From an uncultured bacterium (lineage in GTDB: Bacteria > Babelota > Babeliae > Babelales > RVW-14), in contig CAVXAT010000001.1 in assembly GCA_963759805.1 (NCBI GenBank), positions 295,915-359,914 on the forward strand: a stretch of 64,000 nucleotides of DNA. The letters are read 5' to 3'. This document shows positions 30,277 through 40,307 of the stretch, piece by piece (positions within the stretch are counted from its first letter, which is position 1; each line of letters opens with the position of its first letter). Both the position numbers and the translations under genes were made by a program. Under the pieces are notes generated by a model. That model made no database searches and was not told the DNA's origin. It was given only the letters and a program-made list of their open reading frames with translations.

Positions 30277-31103
30277 GACAAAGTTTGTTCTAAAATCTCT
30301 TTTTTTGCATTCTCGTACTCTTGCGCGTTGGGCGATTTATAATGCCATTCGAGCCTATCTTGCATAAAACTCACACCCTTGCCTTTGGTTGTATTTGCAA
30401 TAATAACATCTGGACAATCGGAGTGTCCAGTATTTTGCAGCACCTCAATTAACCGTCCAAAACTATGTCCGTCAACAATCCTACAGTTGCAACCAAACCC
30501 TGTAAACTTTTCGTGCCAAGAACCAATGGCCACATCACTCGTCCTATCCAAAGCCTGTAAATTATTGTTATCAATAATTAAAACAAGATTATTAAGCTTA
30601 AACCGAACAGCCATCATAACAGCTTCCCAAACAGAACCCTCCTGACATTCGCCATCACCAAGAATCACATAGATTTTATTATTAATCTGATCATGTTTGC
30701 AAGCTAATGCCAAGCCAACTGCCAATGACAACCCATGGCCAAGTGATCCGGTACTTGCTTCAATTCCCGGAAAACTGTCTTTAATTGGATGACCTGTAAG
30801 CTTACTTCCATCTTTGTAATAATTTTTCAGTTCGCCAGGGTCAATGAGTCCAACGCTTGAAAGTGTTGCATAAAGGGCCGCACTAGCATGCCCCTTGCTC
30901 AAAATAAAATAATCGCGATTTTTACTTTTTTGTTTAATTAAATCTATATTTATAAATTTGTGAAAAAGCACAGTCATTATATCAACGATAGAAAACGCCG
31001 AGCCAATGTGTGAACACTTGGCAGCATTTATCATTTCAAGAATTGTAAGTCTGACTTGCCTTGCCTGATTTTGCAAAAATATTTGGTCCACTTTTTCTTT
31101 CAT
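30273..31103 (-). CDS. Transketolase-like N-terminal (ThDP-binding) subunit
   Basis: SKGH, STGSLGHGL, GDGECQEG...NN, KGKGVSFM. Confidence 0.9.
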   Translation of the reverse strand: MKEKVDQIFLQNQARQVRLTILEMINAAKCSHIGSAFSIVDIMTVLFHKFINIDLIKQKSKNRDYFILSKGHASAALYATLSSVGLIDPGELKNYYKDGSKLTGHPIKDSFPGIEASTGSLGHGLSLAVGLALACKHDQINNKIYVILGDGECQEGSVWEAVMMAVRFKLNNLVLIIDNNNLQALDRTSDVAIGSWHEKFTGFGCNCRIVDGHSFGRLIEVLQNTGHSDCPDVIIANTTKGKGVSFMQDRLEWHYKSPNAQEYENAKKEILEQTLS

Positions 31104-32046
31104 GATCTTTTATATATAAACTAATATTCTTACCAAACCACTTGAGTGATTCGGTTAAGCCATCTTTTAATAAAAATTTTGGGGTCCAATCAAGAAATTT
31201 GCTTGCTTTATTAATATCTGCTTGCCAAATTTTTGGCTCCCATGGCCTTGGGACACTTGCACCCCAACATATATCAAGTGGCCTTCCAGTTATTGCCTGA
31301 ACGGTTTTAATCACATATTTTATCGATGATTGCACACCCGTTCCTGCGTTAAAAACATACTGTTGCTCCGGCTTGACTGATGCCAACAAAACACAAAAAT
31401 CAACAAAATCTTTAACGTAAATAAAATCACGAACAAAATCCGGAGAAGACAAATTGATCTGATTATTTTGCAAAGCATTAACAAGAATCGACGGAATCAG
31501 TCGGCCCGGCATCTCGTAATCGCCATAAACCGCAAATGGTCTAACTGTATAAACCGGTAACTTATTAAAAAGAGCCTCTTTTAAACAGAATTGAGTGGCG
31601 GCAGCTTTGGCAACGCCATAATCACTCACAGGATTCAGAACATCACTCTCATGCATTTGCTGATCTTTGATGCCATATTCAGAAGAACTTCCCGTATTTA
31701 TAAAACAGTCAAAACCAACCTGCTTACATGCGTTAAGCAAATTTACAGTTCCATAAAAATTAACATCAAAAATTAATTTCTGATTTAATTGGTTTGGAAG
31801 CCCACCAAATGCAGCAAGATGAAAAATAACGTCCGGTTTAATAATTTTTATCTGATTTGATAACTGCTCATAATTAGTTAAATCAGCATCAATAAAATTA
31901 ATATGCTCTAAAACATCTTGTAAACGCCAAAGATCGCTGTTTTTTTCGACAAGCAAAAAAATTTTGCCGGCAGACGTTTTTAAAAGCTCATGCACTAAAT
32001 TTGCACCAATAAAACCCGCGCCGCCCGTAACCAGATAAGTTTTCAC
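31036..32046 (-). CDS. NAD-dependent NDP-sugar epimerase/reductase
   Basis: TGGAGFIG, SSSEYG, YGVAK, RDFIYV. Confidence 0.9.
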   Translation of the reverse strand: MKTYLVTGGAGFIGANLVHELLKTSAGKIFLLVEKNSDLWRLQDVLEHINFIDADLTNYEQLSNQIKIIKPDVIFHLAAFGGLPNQLNQKLIFDVNFYGTVNLLNACKQVGFDCFINTGSSSEYGIKDQQMHESDVLNPVSDYGVAKAAATQFCLKEALFNKLPVYTVRPFAVYGDYEMPGRLIPSILVNALQNNQINLSSPDFVRDFIYVKDFVDFCVLLASVKPEQQYVFNAGTGVQSSIKYVIKTVQAITGRPLDICWGASVPRPWEPKIWQADINKASKFLDWTPKFLLKDGLTESLKWFGKNISLYIKDHERKSGPNIFAKSGKASQTYNS

Positions 32047-33026
32047 GTCTTTTCCTTACTCTCTAAAATTTCAGAAATAACGTATGGAGGCCTATTTTTA
32101 ACCTCTTGAAATATTCTAATCAGATATTCGGCAATAATGCTTAGTGCCAAAAGCTGAATGGTTCCAAAGACAAACATGACCATTAAAAGCGTGTAGAACC
32201 CGCGTGGAGCGTCTGTTTTGAAATAAAGATACAGGTAAATAATTGCGGCAATAAAAGTCATAAATAAAGCGGACACCGCAAGTTTAGAGATAAATTCAAG
32301 GGGTTTATATGAAAAATTTGTAATTGCTTTTTTAGCCCAACTAAAATTGGAAAAAAAACTGTTGCTCGTCTTCCCATTTTCGCGTTCTTGGCGAATATAC
32401 TCAACTCCAATCTGCTTAAAACCTGCCCAAGCACGCAAACCACGCAAGTACAGATCCTTTTCGTTAAGCTTTTTTATAACATCAACGACATTGCGATCCA
32501 TTAACCCAAAATCACCAGAATCAAGCGGAATGTTAAGATAAGAGAGCCAGCGGAAAACGCGATAAAAACACTTATACCCCATTCTACGAATAAGACTACC
32601 TTTGCGTTTTTTACGCACGGCATAAACAACATCAAACCCCTGTTCCCATTTATGTATTAAATCCGGAATAACTTCAGGCGGATCTTGCAAATCTCCATCA
32701 ATCATGATAGCAGCATCACCGGTGCAATGTTGCAAACCGGCAAAAAAGCTTGGTTGCGATGACCCAAAATTACGCGACATGATAAGCGTTTTTACATTTA
32801 CATCGTCCGCTATAATTTTTTTATAAACCTGATAAGAACCGTCAGTGCTCGCATTATCTACAAAAATCAGTTCATACTGATAATTTAAATTACTAAAAAT
32901 ATTTTTAATACGTGTATGCATAGATTCGATGTTTAAAAATTCGTTATAACATGCAACAACTATTGATATCTTCTTCATACTAAAATTGCTCATTCTCAAA
33001 ATCACATTCAAGAGAAGCATACCCAA
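32043..33026 (-). CDS. GT2 polyprenol-phosphate glycosyltransferase (GtrB/ArnC-like)
   Basis: CYNE, VDNASTD, SRNFG, DGDLQDPPE, two C-terminal TM helices; true start probably 32993 or 32978. Confidence 0.9.
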   Translation of the reverse strand: MGMLLLNVILRMSNFSMKKISIVVACYNEFLNIESMHTRIKNIFSNLNYQYELIFVDNASTDGSYQVYKKIIADDVNVKTLIMSRNFGSSQPSFFAGLQHCTGDAAIMIDGDLQDPPEVIPDLIHKWEQGFDVVYAVRKKRKGSLIRRMGYKCFYRVFRWLSYLNIPLDSGDFGLMDRNVVDVIKKLNEKDLYLRGLRAWAGFKQIGVEYIRQERENGKTSNSFFSNFSWAKKAITNFSYKPLEFISKLAVSALFMTFIAAIIYLYLYFKTDAPRGFYTLLMVMFVFGTIQLLALSIIAEYLIRIFQEVKNRPPYVISEILESKEKT

Positions 33027-34053
33027 TGTTCGTATTCATGGTATTTTCCCGTATGTTACTTGCTCGGATATTAGCTTGATATACAAAAAAATTTCTGTAC
33101 CAATCTATAGTTTCAAGTAATCCTGCTTTTACACCCCATTTTGCTTGCCAACCTAAAATATTTCTAGCTTTTTCTGAGCACAGATGTTGCTCAGGAATCT
33201 CATTAGATGCCTGATTCTGAATTATTGGATGCAAATGTTTAGCATTCATCTGTTCTAAAATTAAATCCACAATTTGAATCACATTAAATGGATGATCCGT
33301 ACTAAAATTAAAACACTGTCCAATAATTTTATCATCGTCCATAGCTTGAGCTACTGTTAGATAAGCATCAACAACGTCTTTAACATAGATATAATCACGT
33401 ACGGAAAGGCCATTGGACCGAATCACAGGACGCTGATCATTTAGAACGCTTTGAATTGTTCCGGGAATAATTCGATTAAAATGAAGATCCCCGCTTCCAA
33501 AAAAATTTCCGCATCGTGTTACACACACAGGAAGATTGTAGGTATGAAAATATGACTGCGCAAGCAAATCAGTGCAACTTTTTGAAACATCATATGGATG
33601 ACGCCCTTGCATTGGAGCATCTTCGGTGTATGGTAATTTTTTTTGTGCGCCATACGCCTTATCACTTGATGCAACAACTATCTTTTTAACCCATGGCGAT
33701 AATCTGCACGCCTCAAGTAAATTCCACGATCCTTCAATGTTTGACCTGAAAGTCGAAATGGGAGATCTGTTTGCTATCCCAACAATGGCCTGTGCTCCAA
33801 GATGAAAAACCGTATTAACATCAAACTCATTTAACACTCTTTGCAAAAGATTTATATCAAGTAGATCTCCAATTACTACGTTAACTTTTTTATCAAGACC
33901 ATCTGAAAAAAATTGTGAATTCGGAACAAAATCACGAACAAGCGCAAAAACATTTGCCTCCTGCTTTAAAAGCTCGTTTACCAAATTTGGACCGAGCAGA
34001 CCCGTGCAACCTGTAACAAAAACATTTTTATTCTTCCAGTACGAGTATGTCAT
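32980..34053 (-). CDS. CDP-glucose 4,6-dehydratase-like SDR
   Basis: YWKNKNVFVTG, ASSDKAYG, PYDVSK; directly downstream of rfbF. Confidence 0.85.
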   Translation of the reverse strand: MTYSYWKNKNVFVTGCTGLLGPNLVNELLKQEANVFALVRDFVPNSQFFSDGLDKKVNVVIGDLLDINLLQRVLNEFDVNTVFHLGAQAIVGIANRSPISTFRSNIEGSWNLLEACRLSPWVKKIVVASSDKAYGAQKKLPYTEDAPMQGRHPYDVSKSCTDLLAQSYFHTYNLPVCVTRCGNFFGSGDLHFNRIIPGTIQSVLNDQRPVIRSNGLSVRDYIYVKDVVDAYLTVAQAMDDDKIIGQCFNFSTDHPFNVIQIVDLILEQMNAKHLHPIIQNQASNEIPEQHLCSEKARNILGWQAKWGVKAGLLETIDWYRNFFVYQANIRASNIRENTMNTNIGYASLECDFENEQF

Positions 34054-34065
34054 TTCAAAATCCCA

Positions 34066-34935
34066 TCAGAGTAAAGCCTGACTACTTTTTTTATGATCAA
34101 TCTTGGCTGGAGTAAATGATTCCTTTTTATCCTCCCAAATTTTCCAAGGTGCATTAGTTTGCCACAGTTTTTCAAGCAGTTCATGTTCACGCAATGTATC
34201 CATACATTGCCAAAATCCTGCGTGTTTATAAACCATTAATTGAGAGTCTCGAGCAGCGCCAAATAAAGGAGACTGCTCCAACACGCAATCTGAATTAATT
34301 GAAAGATATTTTAAAAATTCTCGCTCTAGAACAAAAAAACCTCCATTAATCCATTCATCACTAATCTGCTTCTTTTCCAAAAATGATTCAACTTGATTCC
34401 CATTAAGCTTTAAATTCCCAAATCTGGATGGAAGATTAACACCGGTCAGAGTAGCAAGACGACCATGTTGTTCATGAAATTTCAAAAGGCTTAACAGATC
34501 AACATTTGCAAGCCCATCACCGTAAGTCAGTAAGAACCTGTCGGTGTCTACGTACTTAGCAGCGCGCGCAACCCTACCACCGGTCATACAATTTTGGCCG
34601 GTATCAACCAATGTCACTTCCCAATCCTCTTGCCCAACACAATGTTCAACAATATCTCCGTTTTTTGTATTAATGGTAAAATCAATTCCGTGCAATTTAA
34701 AATTTAGAAAGTAATTTTTTATCATCTCGCTTTTGTAGCCTAAACAGATGACAAAACGATAAAAACCGAAATGAGAGTAAATTTTCATGATATGCCATAA
34801 TATTGGCATCCCACCGATTGGCACCATCGGTTTGGGTCTGAATTCCGTCTCTTCACGCAATCTTGTCCCCAAGCCACCGGCAAGTATCATCACCGGCAAA
34901 CTGTTACGTTGTAACTCGTTGCTCTTCATGCCCAC
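34066..34935 (-). CDS. rfbF: Glucose-1-phosphate cytidylyltransferase
   Basis: LAGGLGTRLREET..RPKPM, TGGR, TYGDG, GFWQCMDTLRE, APWKIW. Confidence 0.93.
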   Translation of the reverse strand: MGMKSNELQRNSLPVMILAGGLGTRLREETEFRPKPMVPIGGMPILWHIMKIYSHFGFYRFVICLGYKSEMIKNYFLNFKLHGIDFTINTKNGDIVEHCVGQEDWEVTLVDTGQNCMTGGRVARAAKYVDTDRFLLTYGDGLANVDLLSLLKFHEQHGRLATLTGVNLPSRFGNLKLNGNQVESFLEKKQISDEWINGGFFVLEREFLKYLSINSDCVLEQSPLFGAARDSQLMVYKHAGFWQCMDTLREHELLEKLWQTNAPWKIWEDKKESFTPAKIDHKKSSQALL

Positions 34936-34944
34936 TCTCCTGTT

Positions 34945-35682
34945 TTATTTTTTATTAATTTTTTGATAGACACCATACAACGTTAGCCCCCAGGGAAAAT
35001 TCAATCCTTTACGAATCAGATAATTTTCACCCTGAAGAATTTTATAAAACAAAGTATTAATGGGCCTTGCAGGAATATATGGATGATACTTTTTCTCGCT
35101 AACAGCCGCCTTTTCCCAAACTCTTTGCAATGCAACCGGAGCAAAAAGTGTGAACATCCAGTATCCAATTCGATGCTCCTTAAAATTCGACAATAAATTT
35201 CGAATCATTTTTTTGTTGTAGCGTCGCATATGAAAATGGGCCCTATCTTTTGGCCCAAAAAGTGATTTAAATGCCGGAACAGAGAAAACCAAAAAGCCAT
35301 CAGGTTTAAGAACTCTATTAGCTTCAGCAACAGCCTTTTTATCATTCGCAATGTGCTCTAGAACTTCAAACGCCACAACCATATCAAATTTATTATCTTC
35401 GTATGGAATCGCCTGCGCATCTGCAACCTGTTTTTCAACAACCATACCATCAGGAATCATATCAATTACATTTTGGTCAATATCAAATGCATAAATGGCA
35501 CCAAATTGCTTTAAAACAGCCAAATCCCCACCTGTTCCTGCACCTATTGAAAGAATTTTTAAATTTTGTTTTTTATAATCTAAATTATTAATCGAAGATA
35601 AGAGTTCTTGCTTAAGATTAATATGAGACTTAATCCAAAAGTGATCCGGTTTAAAACCGTATTCGTAGCCTTTGTAATCCAT
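34945..35682 (-). CDS. Class I SAM-dependent methyltransferase
   Basis: ILSIGAGTG, EVLEHI, LKPDG, HMRRY. Confidence 0.88.
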   Translation of the reverse strand: MDYKGYEYGFKPDHFWIKSHINLKQELLSSINNLDYKKQNLKILSIGAGTGGDLAVLKQFGAIYAFDIDQNVIDMIPDGMVVEKQVADAQAIPYEDNKFDMVVAFEVLEHIANDKKAVAEANRVLKPDGFLVFSVPAFKSLFGPKDRAHFHMRRYNKKMIRNLLSNFKEHRIGYWMFTLFAPVALQRVWEKAAVSEKKYHPYIPARPINTLFYKILQGENYLIRKGLNFPWGLTLYGVYQKINKK

Positions 35683-35864
35683 GCCATTCTCCTATAATTC
35701 AAAGACAATATTCATTACTTTTAGTTAAAATACATGAATGTATTTTAATGGAAATTAAGAATCATGCAAGCATACAAAATGCTTTGCAATTTTCATGTTT
35801 TTTGGTTTAAAATATACTGTGTAAGTTAAAAACATTGTTAATCCTTAAAATATATGGGGAATTT

Positions 35865-36368
35865 ATGAACAAAAAAAAATTTTTGGCGTTAGCATGTATC
35901 TCTTTGGTTACAAGCAACTCATCGGCACACTTATTAAGCCGCGATTTTTTCACTGAGTTCGATTCCATGGAACGACTCGTGAATAGTAAACTTAGCAAAG
36001 TAAGTATGTATAAAAATGAAAAAGCTCAAAAGTTTACCATAGAAATCGCACTGCCCGGCTTTGAAAAAAAAGATATTAAAGTAACAATCGATAACAAAAG
36101 TGGAATATTAACTGTCACAGCCGAAAGCAAAATAGAAGAAAAAGAGGAAGAGAAAAACGAAAAAAACATCTACATACAGAGAAGCGAATCTATTGAAGAA
36201 AAATATTTTAACCAGTCTTTCTCTCTACCGAGTTATGTAGACTATAAAGATGCAACCAAAGTAGAGACCACTTACAAAAATGGCATTCTAAAAATAGAGT
36301 TTCCGTTAGGCGAGAAAGAAAAATCAGATAAAATTACATTAGAGATAAAAGAAATAAACGAAGCATAA
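35865..36368 (+). CDS. Hsp20/alpha-crystallin small heat-shock protein with signal peptide
   Basis: ALPGFEKKDI, FNQSFSLP, YKNGILKI; start ATG 35865. Confidence 0.85.
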   Translation: MNKKKFLALACISLVTSNSSAHLLSRDFFTEFDSMERLVNSKLSKVSMYKNEKAQKFTIEIALPGFEKKDIKVTIDNKSGILTVTAESKIEEKEEEKNEKNIYIQRSESIEEKYFNQSFSLPSYVDYKDATKVETTYKNGILKIEFPLGEKEKSDKITLEIKEINEA

Positions 36369-36384
36369 CAAATTTATAAATTTG

Positions 36385-37320
36385 TTATGCAACCAGTAAG
36401 GGCCAGGTTTTAAAACCAACCAACTGGCATTCTGCCTGAGGAAGAATCCCGTACCGTTCTTTCACCAACTCCTGCATTTTCCTTGCAAGGCCAATAACAT
36501 CTGCACTTGTCGCACCTGGTTTGGTTACAATCATATTTGCATGCTGATGAGACACAACTGCGTTTCCCACAGACAGTTCTCCTTTGATGCCAATTTTATC
36601 AAGATAATAGCCCACAAATAAAAGCTTTTTACCATTAATTAAAAATGGAACCTCGTCATCATGGAAATTTCTGAAAAAACTGCCGCAGGTGTTTGAATTT
36701 GGATAACGACGCATGCGATGACGGATAATTTCATCATTGCGGCCCTTAGCGTAAGCAGCGTCCAGCTCATTACCCTTTTTTAATTTAAACGTTGCACTAA
36801 CAAGAAAATAATCCCCCTGCAACAATTTTGATTTATCATAACCAAAATCAAACCAAGATTTTTCGACATCTAAAATCTTTCCTGATTTTTTTTCAATAAT
36901 TCTTGCACCCACAATAAAATCAGCCAAAAAATAATCAAAATAATGGATATTGATATAAACAGATCCCCCAACAGTTCCTGGAATATGACTGAACTCCTCA
37001 AGCCCTACTAATTTTTTTGAAATACAAAAATCAATCAAATCTTGGATTTTAACCCCTGCCCCGGCAGATACTGTACCATTTTCATAATCAACATCAAGAT
37101 TACACAGTTTTGGCCTGATAACCAAACCATCAAACCCATCGTCGCTTATTAAAATATTGGCGCCTAAGCCCAAAACAAAGATTTTAAGGCTGTTTTTTCG
37201 AGCAAAATCAAGCGCAACCACAAAATCCTGCTCATTACGAGGTTCACAAAAATATTTTGCAACACCGCCTGTTTGAAACCAATTCTTATCGTTTAATGGA
37301 ACGTTTTGTTCTATTTTCAT
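36385..37320 (-). CDS. murB: UDP-N-acetylenolpyruvoylglucosamine reductase
   Basis: LGLGANILISD, IPGTVGG, CGSFFRN, VSHQHANMIV. Confidence 0.93.
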   Translation of the reverse strand: MKIEQNVPLNDKNWFQTGGVAKYFCEPRNEQDFVVALDFARKNSLKIFVLGLGANILISDDGFDGLVIRPKLCNLDVDYENGTVSAGAGVKIQDLIDFCISKKLVGLEEFSHIPGTVGGSVYINIHYFDYFLADFIVGARIIEKKSGKILDVEKSWFDFGYDKSKLLQGDYFLVSATFKLKKGNELDAAYAKGRNDEIIRHRMRRYPNSNTCGSFFRNFHDDEVPFLINGKKLLFVGYYLDKIGIKGELSVGNAVVSHQHANMIVTKPGATSADVIGLARKMQELVKERYGILPQAECQLVGFKTWPLLVA

Positions 37321-37560
37321 ACTTTCAACCAAAATTTTTTAATACTCGAATAGACAGTTAATAATCTAAATAACTAGCAAAGAGAATAATATTGTAACAA
37401 ATATTTTTAATTTTACATAAATTTCCCCCAGGGATTATTTTATTTCTAAGAGTAATTATTTATCTCAGCGCAGCGTTTAAATGCCTTTTTTAAAATATGA
37501 TTGATTTTAGAATCTGCAAACTGCTAAAATGAGTATGTAAATAAAAGAAGAGGAGGGCAA

Positions 37561-38847
37561 ATGAAGAAAATATTTTATATCTCAATAGCAATTGCCTGCT
37601 TTTTAAGCTGGATCTCAGGTAATTTGACAGCTATGCAACAGGAAACAATCAACAGCTTATCATCATCTGAAAACATACCGGTTCCACAACAAACAATAAA
37701 TAGGCTAAATTGGATAGAGACTTATCATGGGTTCTCAACCCAAATCATGTTTGACTTTTCAAACCCAATCTATTTTGAAAAAAAGATAATCAAAGAAAGC
37801 TTCCAGTTAAAGCTAATATTCCCAGGTATGCAACTTGAACAATTTAGCGTAAAACAGGTTATAGCAAAATTAAGCGAATTAAAAAAATATGGGATTATAA
37901 AAAATGTATCCGTAGCTGAAAAAAATAAAAAATTCCCAAAAGTGGTTTTATACCTAGATTTTGAAAAAACAAAACGGATAAAAGACAAAAATGATGCAGC
38001 CGGGAACACTTATGTATGCACACCAAATAGATTGCTCATCAAATGGTATAAAATGGAAGACCCAAACAGACTTATCATAGATATCTTCACGCAGGAAGAT
38101 TTAGAGAAACTAAAAAATAAAAATGAAACTATTTTATTTGCAAAAAACGACTTAATAAAATCGGATACAGCACCATCAAATTCAAAAACACACCGCATAG
38201 TTCTTGATCCCGGACATGGAGGCAAAGACTCCGGAGCAAAGGGAAACGGCTTAATAGAAAAGACCATCGCTCTAGATATTGCCAAGCGTACAAAAACCAT
38301 GCTTGAAGATAACAGATACAACGTTTTATTAACGCGCAACCAAGATTGTGACCTCTCTTTGGTCGAAAGATCTACTCTGGCCGAACAACTTAAGGCTGAT
38401 CTTTTTGTTTCAATCCATGTAAACTCAACTAAAAATACATCAACCAGACACAATGGCATAGAGACATTTTATCTTCAAAATTCAGATCTGGTTTCGCCCA
38501 CACGTCATGGCGGTTTTTTGTTTATAAATCTAAAAAAAGATCCATCTATAATAGCTTTAATTGATGAGCATATCCAAGCCAACACACAGCTCTCGCAAAC
38601 TCTTGCAAAATCAATTCAGTCATCATTGGTTAAGTTTTTAAAGTCACAGCAAATTGATATAAATGATAGAGGTATAAAAGCCGACAAATTTCGAGTACTG
38701 CTTAGAAGCCCAATTCCCGCGGCACTTGTAGAAGTCGGTTTTATAAACAATGACGAGAATGCTGCGCAACTGTCAGATAGGGAGTATCGTACTAAAATCG
38801 CCTACGGCATATTTCAAGGCATAACACAGTTTATCCAACAACAGTAA
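37561..38847 (+). CDS. N-acetylmuramoyl-L-alanine amidase (Amidase_3)
   Basis: VLDPGHGGKDSGA, EK, FVSIHVN, LVEVGFI. Confidence 0.92.
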   Translation: MKKIFYISIAIACFLSWISGNLTAMQQETINSLSSSENIPVPQQTINRLNWIETYHGFSTQIMFDFSNPIYFEKKIIKESFQLKLIFPGMQLEQFSVKQVIAKLSELKKYGIIKNVSVAEKNKKFPKVVLYLDFEKTKRIKDKNDAAGNTYVCTPNRLLIKWYKMEDPNRLIIDIFTQEDLEKLKNKNETILFAKNDLIKSDTAPSNSKTHRIVLDPGHGGKDSGAKGNGLIEKTIALDIAKRTKTMLEDNRYNVLLTRNQDCDLSLVERSTLAEQLKADLFVSIHVNSTKNTSTRHNGIETFYLQNSDLVSPTRHGGFLFINLKKDPSIIALIDEHIQANTQLSQTLAKSIQSSLVKFLKSQQIDINDRGIKADKFRVLLRSPIPAALVEVGFINNDENAAQLSDREYRTKIAYGIFQGITQFIQQQ

Positions 38848-38855
38848 TTTATAAT

Positions 38856-40181
38856 TTATGCCGACTCACTTCCCAGTCTTATAAATTTAAAATTCGCATC
38901 CTCGGCCTGCGCAATGTTTTTCAAAACATCAACATCAACCGGAATTCTGAGCTGCTTAACGTAAATTTTCAAATTTTCCGGCAAATGTTTTATATTTATA
39001 TCCCAACCATCTAACTTTTTGGGTAAAAAAGCATAATAAAGCTCATTAAATGACATCAAAATCAAACGCTCTTGCCCCTTTGCAATAAAATCTTCATGTT
39101 TGCAAAATCTTCTGTGAAAAGTAACCATACCAAGCTTTTTATCATCTTGATCAACAACCATCCAATCCGTAATCGACTTTTCAATTTTTCGTTTCTCTTT
39201 ATTGTCCGTATTTTTTTTGTATTTTTTTCTAACCAAACTAATCTTCCGCCCATCAAAGTCAAAAACTATCCTGTCCTCAAGCCCGTTATTTTTGCCATTG
39301 CCCTTTATAAGCCACTCCCAATTTTTTGAGTGATAATATTTTTCAAGGGAGGGCAACAATGGATCAATCACATCGATATTATAAATTCCATATTTTAATA
39401 GCTGGTAAATATCCAAACCTCCGGCAACATAAACAACTCTGGCCCCCTGTCTTGATTTTTCGGCGATCTGGCTAAGTGTCTGATTATTCCAATCTTTCCA
39501 TCCATCCCCTACAAGATGGTACCACATTGTTGAATAAAGAAATTTCACCAACTGGTGATCAGAATCATTATCAAGATATCTCTTAAAATCCGGCCATGTT
39601 GACGGATGGAAACAGTACTCAAAGCAACGATTTGCAAACGAAAACAGTCTCTCTTTTTCAACAATCTTGCTTGGATTAGAGAAAAACAGTCGATCAAGGT
39701 ATCTATACTTGTTGATAACTAAATTTACATCCAAATTTTGGGAATCCGCCTGCATTGCAGCATTTTGATCAGTATTTTGAGTAGATAAAAAACCATGATC
39801 TTTTAAATAAGAGACAAACCGGGGCATGTTATTTTCGATCAATTGATATATGGTCGAAAAATTTTGCCTAAACTCATCATTAATCTCCGTGCCAACTATC
39901 TGACCGTTTTCAGAGATATATCCATGTGTGCAATCGCTTAAAAACGGAACCAAACTCGTCAATTTATCTTTATATTTCAAATAACTTTTATTAAATCTCT
40001 GTAAGAAGAATTCATTCATTCTATCCGGTATATCATCAAATGACTGCATTGAATGACATCGCTGCGACAAAAACCAGTTACCAAAAACCTCCTGCGCCGG
40101 CCGAACAGTTGGGGCGGCAGAAATTTTACAAGCAAATAAAAGCACGCATGCAACAACACTTTTCTTCAAAACTCTCATCAC
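38856..40181 (-). CDS. Hypothetical secreted protein, paralog of 40308-41786
   Basis: Signal peptide; shared VY(V/I)AGGxDIYQLLKYGIYNIxVIDP and SFNELYY motifs. Confidence 0.8.
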   Translation of the reverse strand: MMRVLKKSVVACVLLFACKISAAPTVRPAQEVFGNWFLSQRCHSMQSFDDIPDRMNEFFLQRFNKSYLKYKDKLTSLVPFLSDCTHGYISENGQIVGTEINDEFRQNFSTIYQLIENNMPRFVSYLKDHGFLSTQNTDQNAAMQADSQNLDVNLVINKYRYLDRLFFSNPSKIVEKERLFSFANRCFEYCFHPSTWPDFKRYLDNDSDHQLVKFLYSTMWYHLVGDGWKDWNNQTLSQIAEKSRQGARVVYVAGGLDIYQLLKYGIYNIDVIDPLLPSLEKYYHSKNWEWLIKGNGKNNGLEDRIVFDFDGRKISLVRKKYKKNTDNKEKRKIEKSITDWMVVDQDDKKLGMVTFHRRFCKHEDFIAKGQERLILMSFNELYYAFLPKKLDGWDINIKHLPENLKIYVKQLRIPVDVDVLKNIAQAEDANFKFIRLGSESA

Positions 40182-40226
40182 ACAATTCCCTCTATCAAAG
40201 CACTAATTAATCAAAACTCGTTTCTT

Positions 40227-40286
40227 TGTCATCCTGCTGCGTCCGCCGTAGCCTTGTGCGAAGGCCGGGAACTTGATTCAGGATCC
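40227..40286. repeat. REP-like palindrome GTCATCCTG...AACTTGATTCAGGATC with a nested 33-bp module B
   Basis: Insert CTGCGTCCGCCGTAGCCTTGTGCGAAGGCCGGG. Confidence 0.8.
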
Positions 40287-40307
40287 ATGGATTAATAAGC
40301 TCCCATC

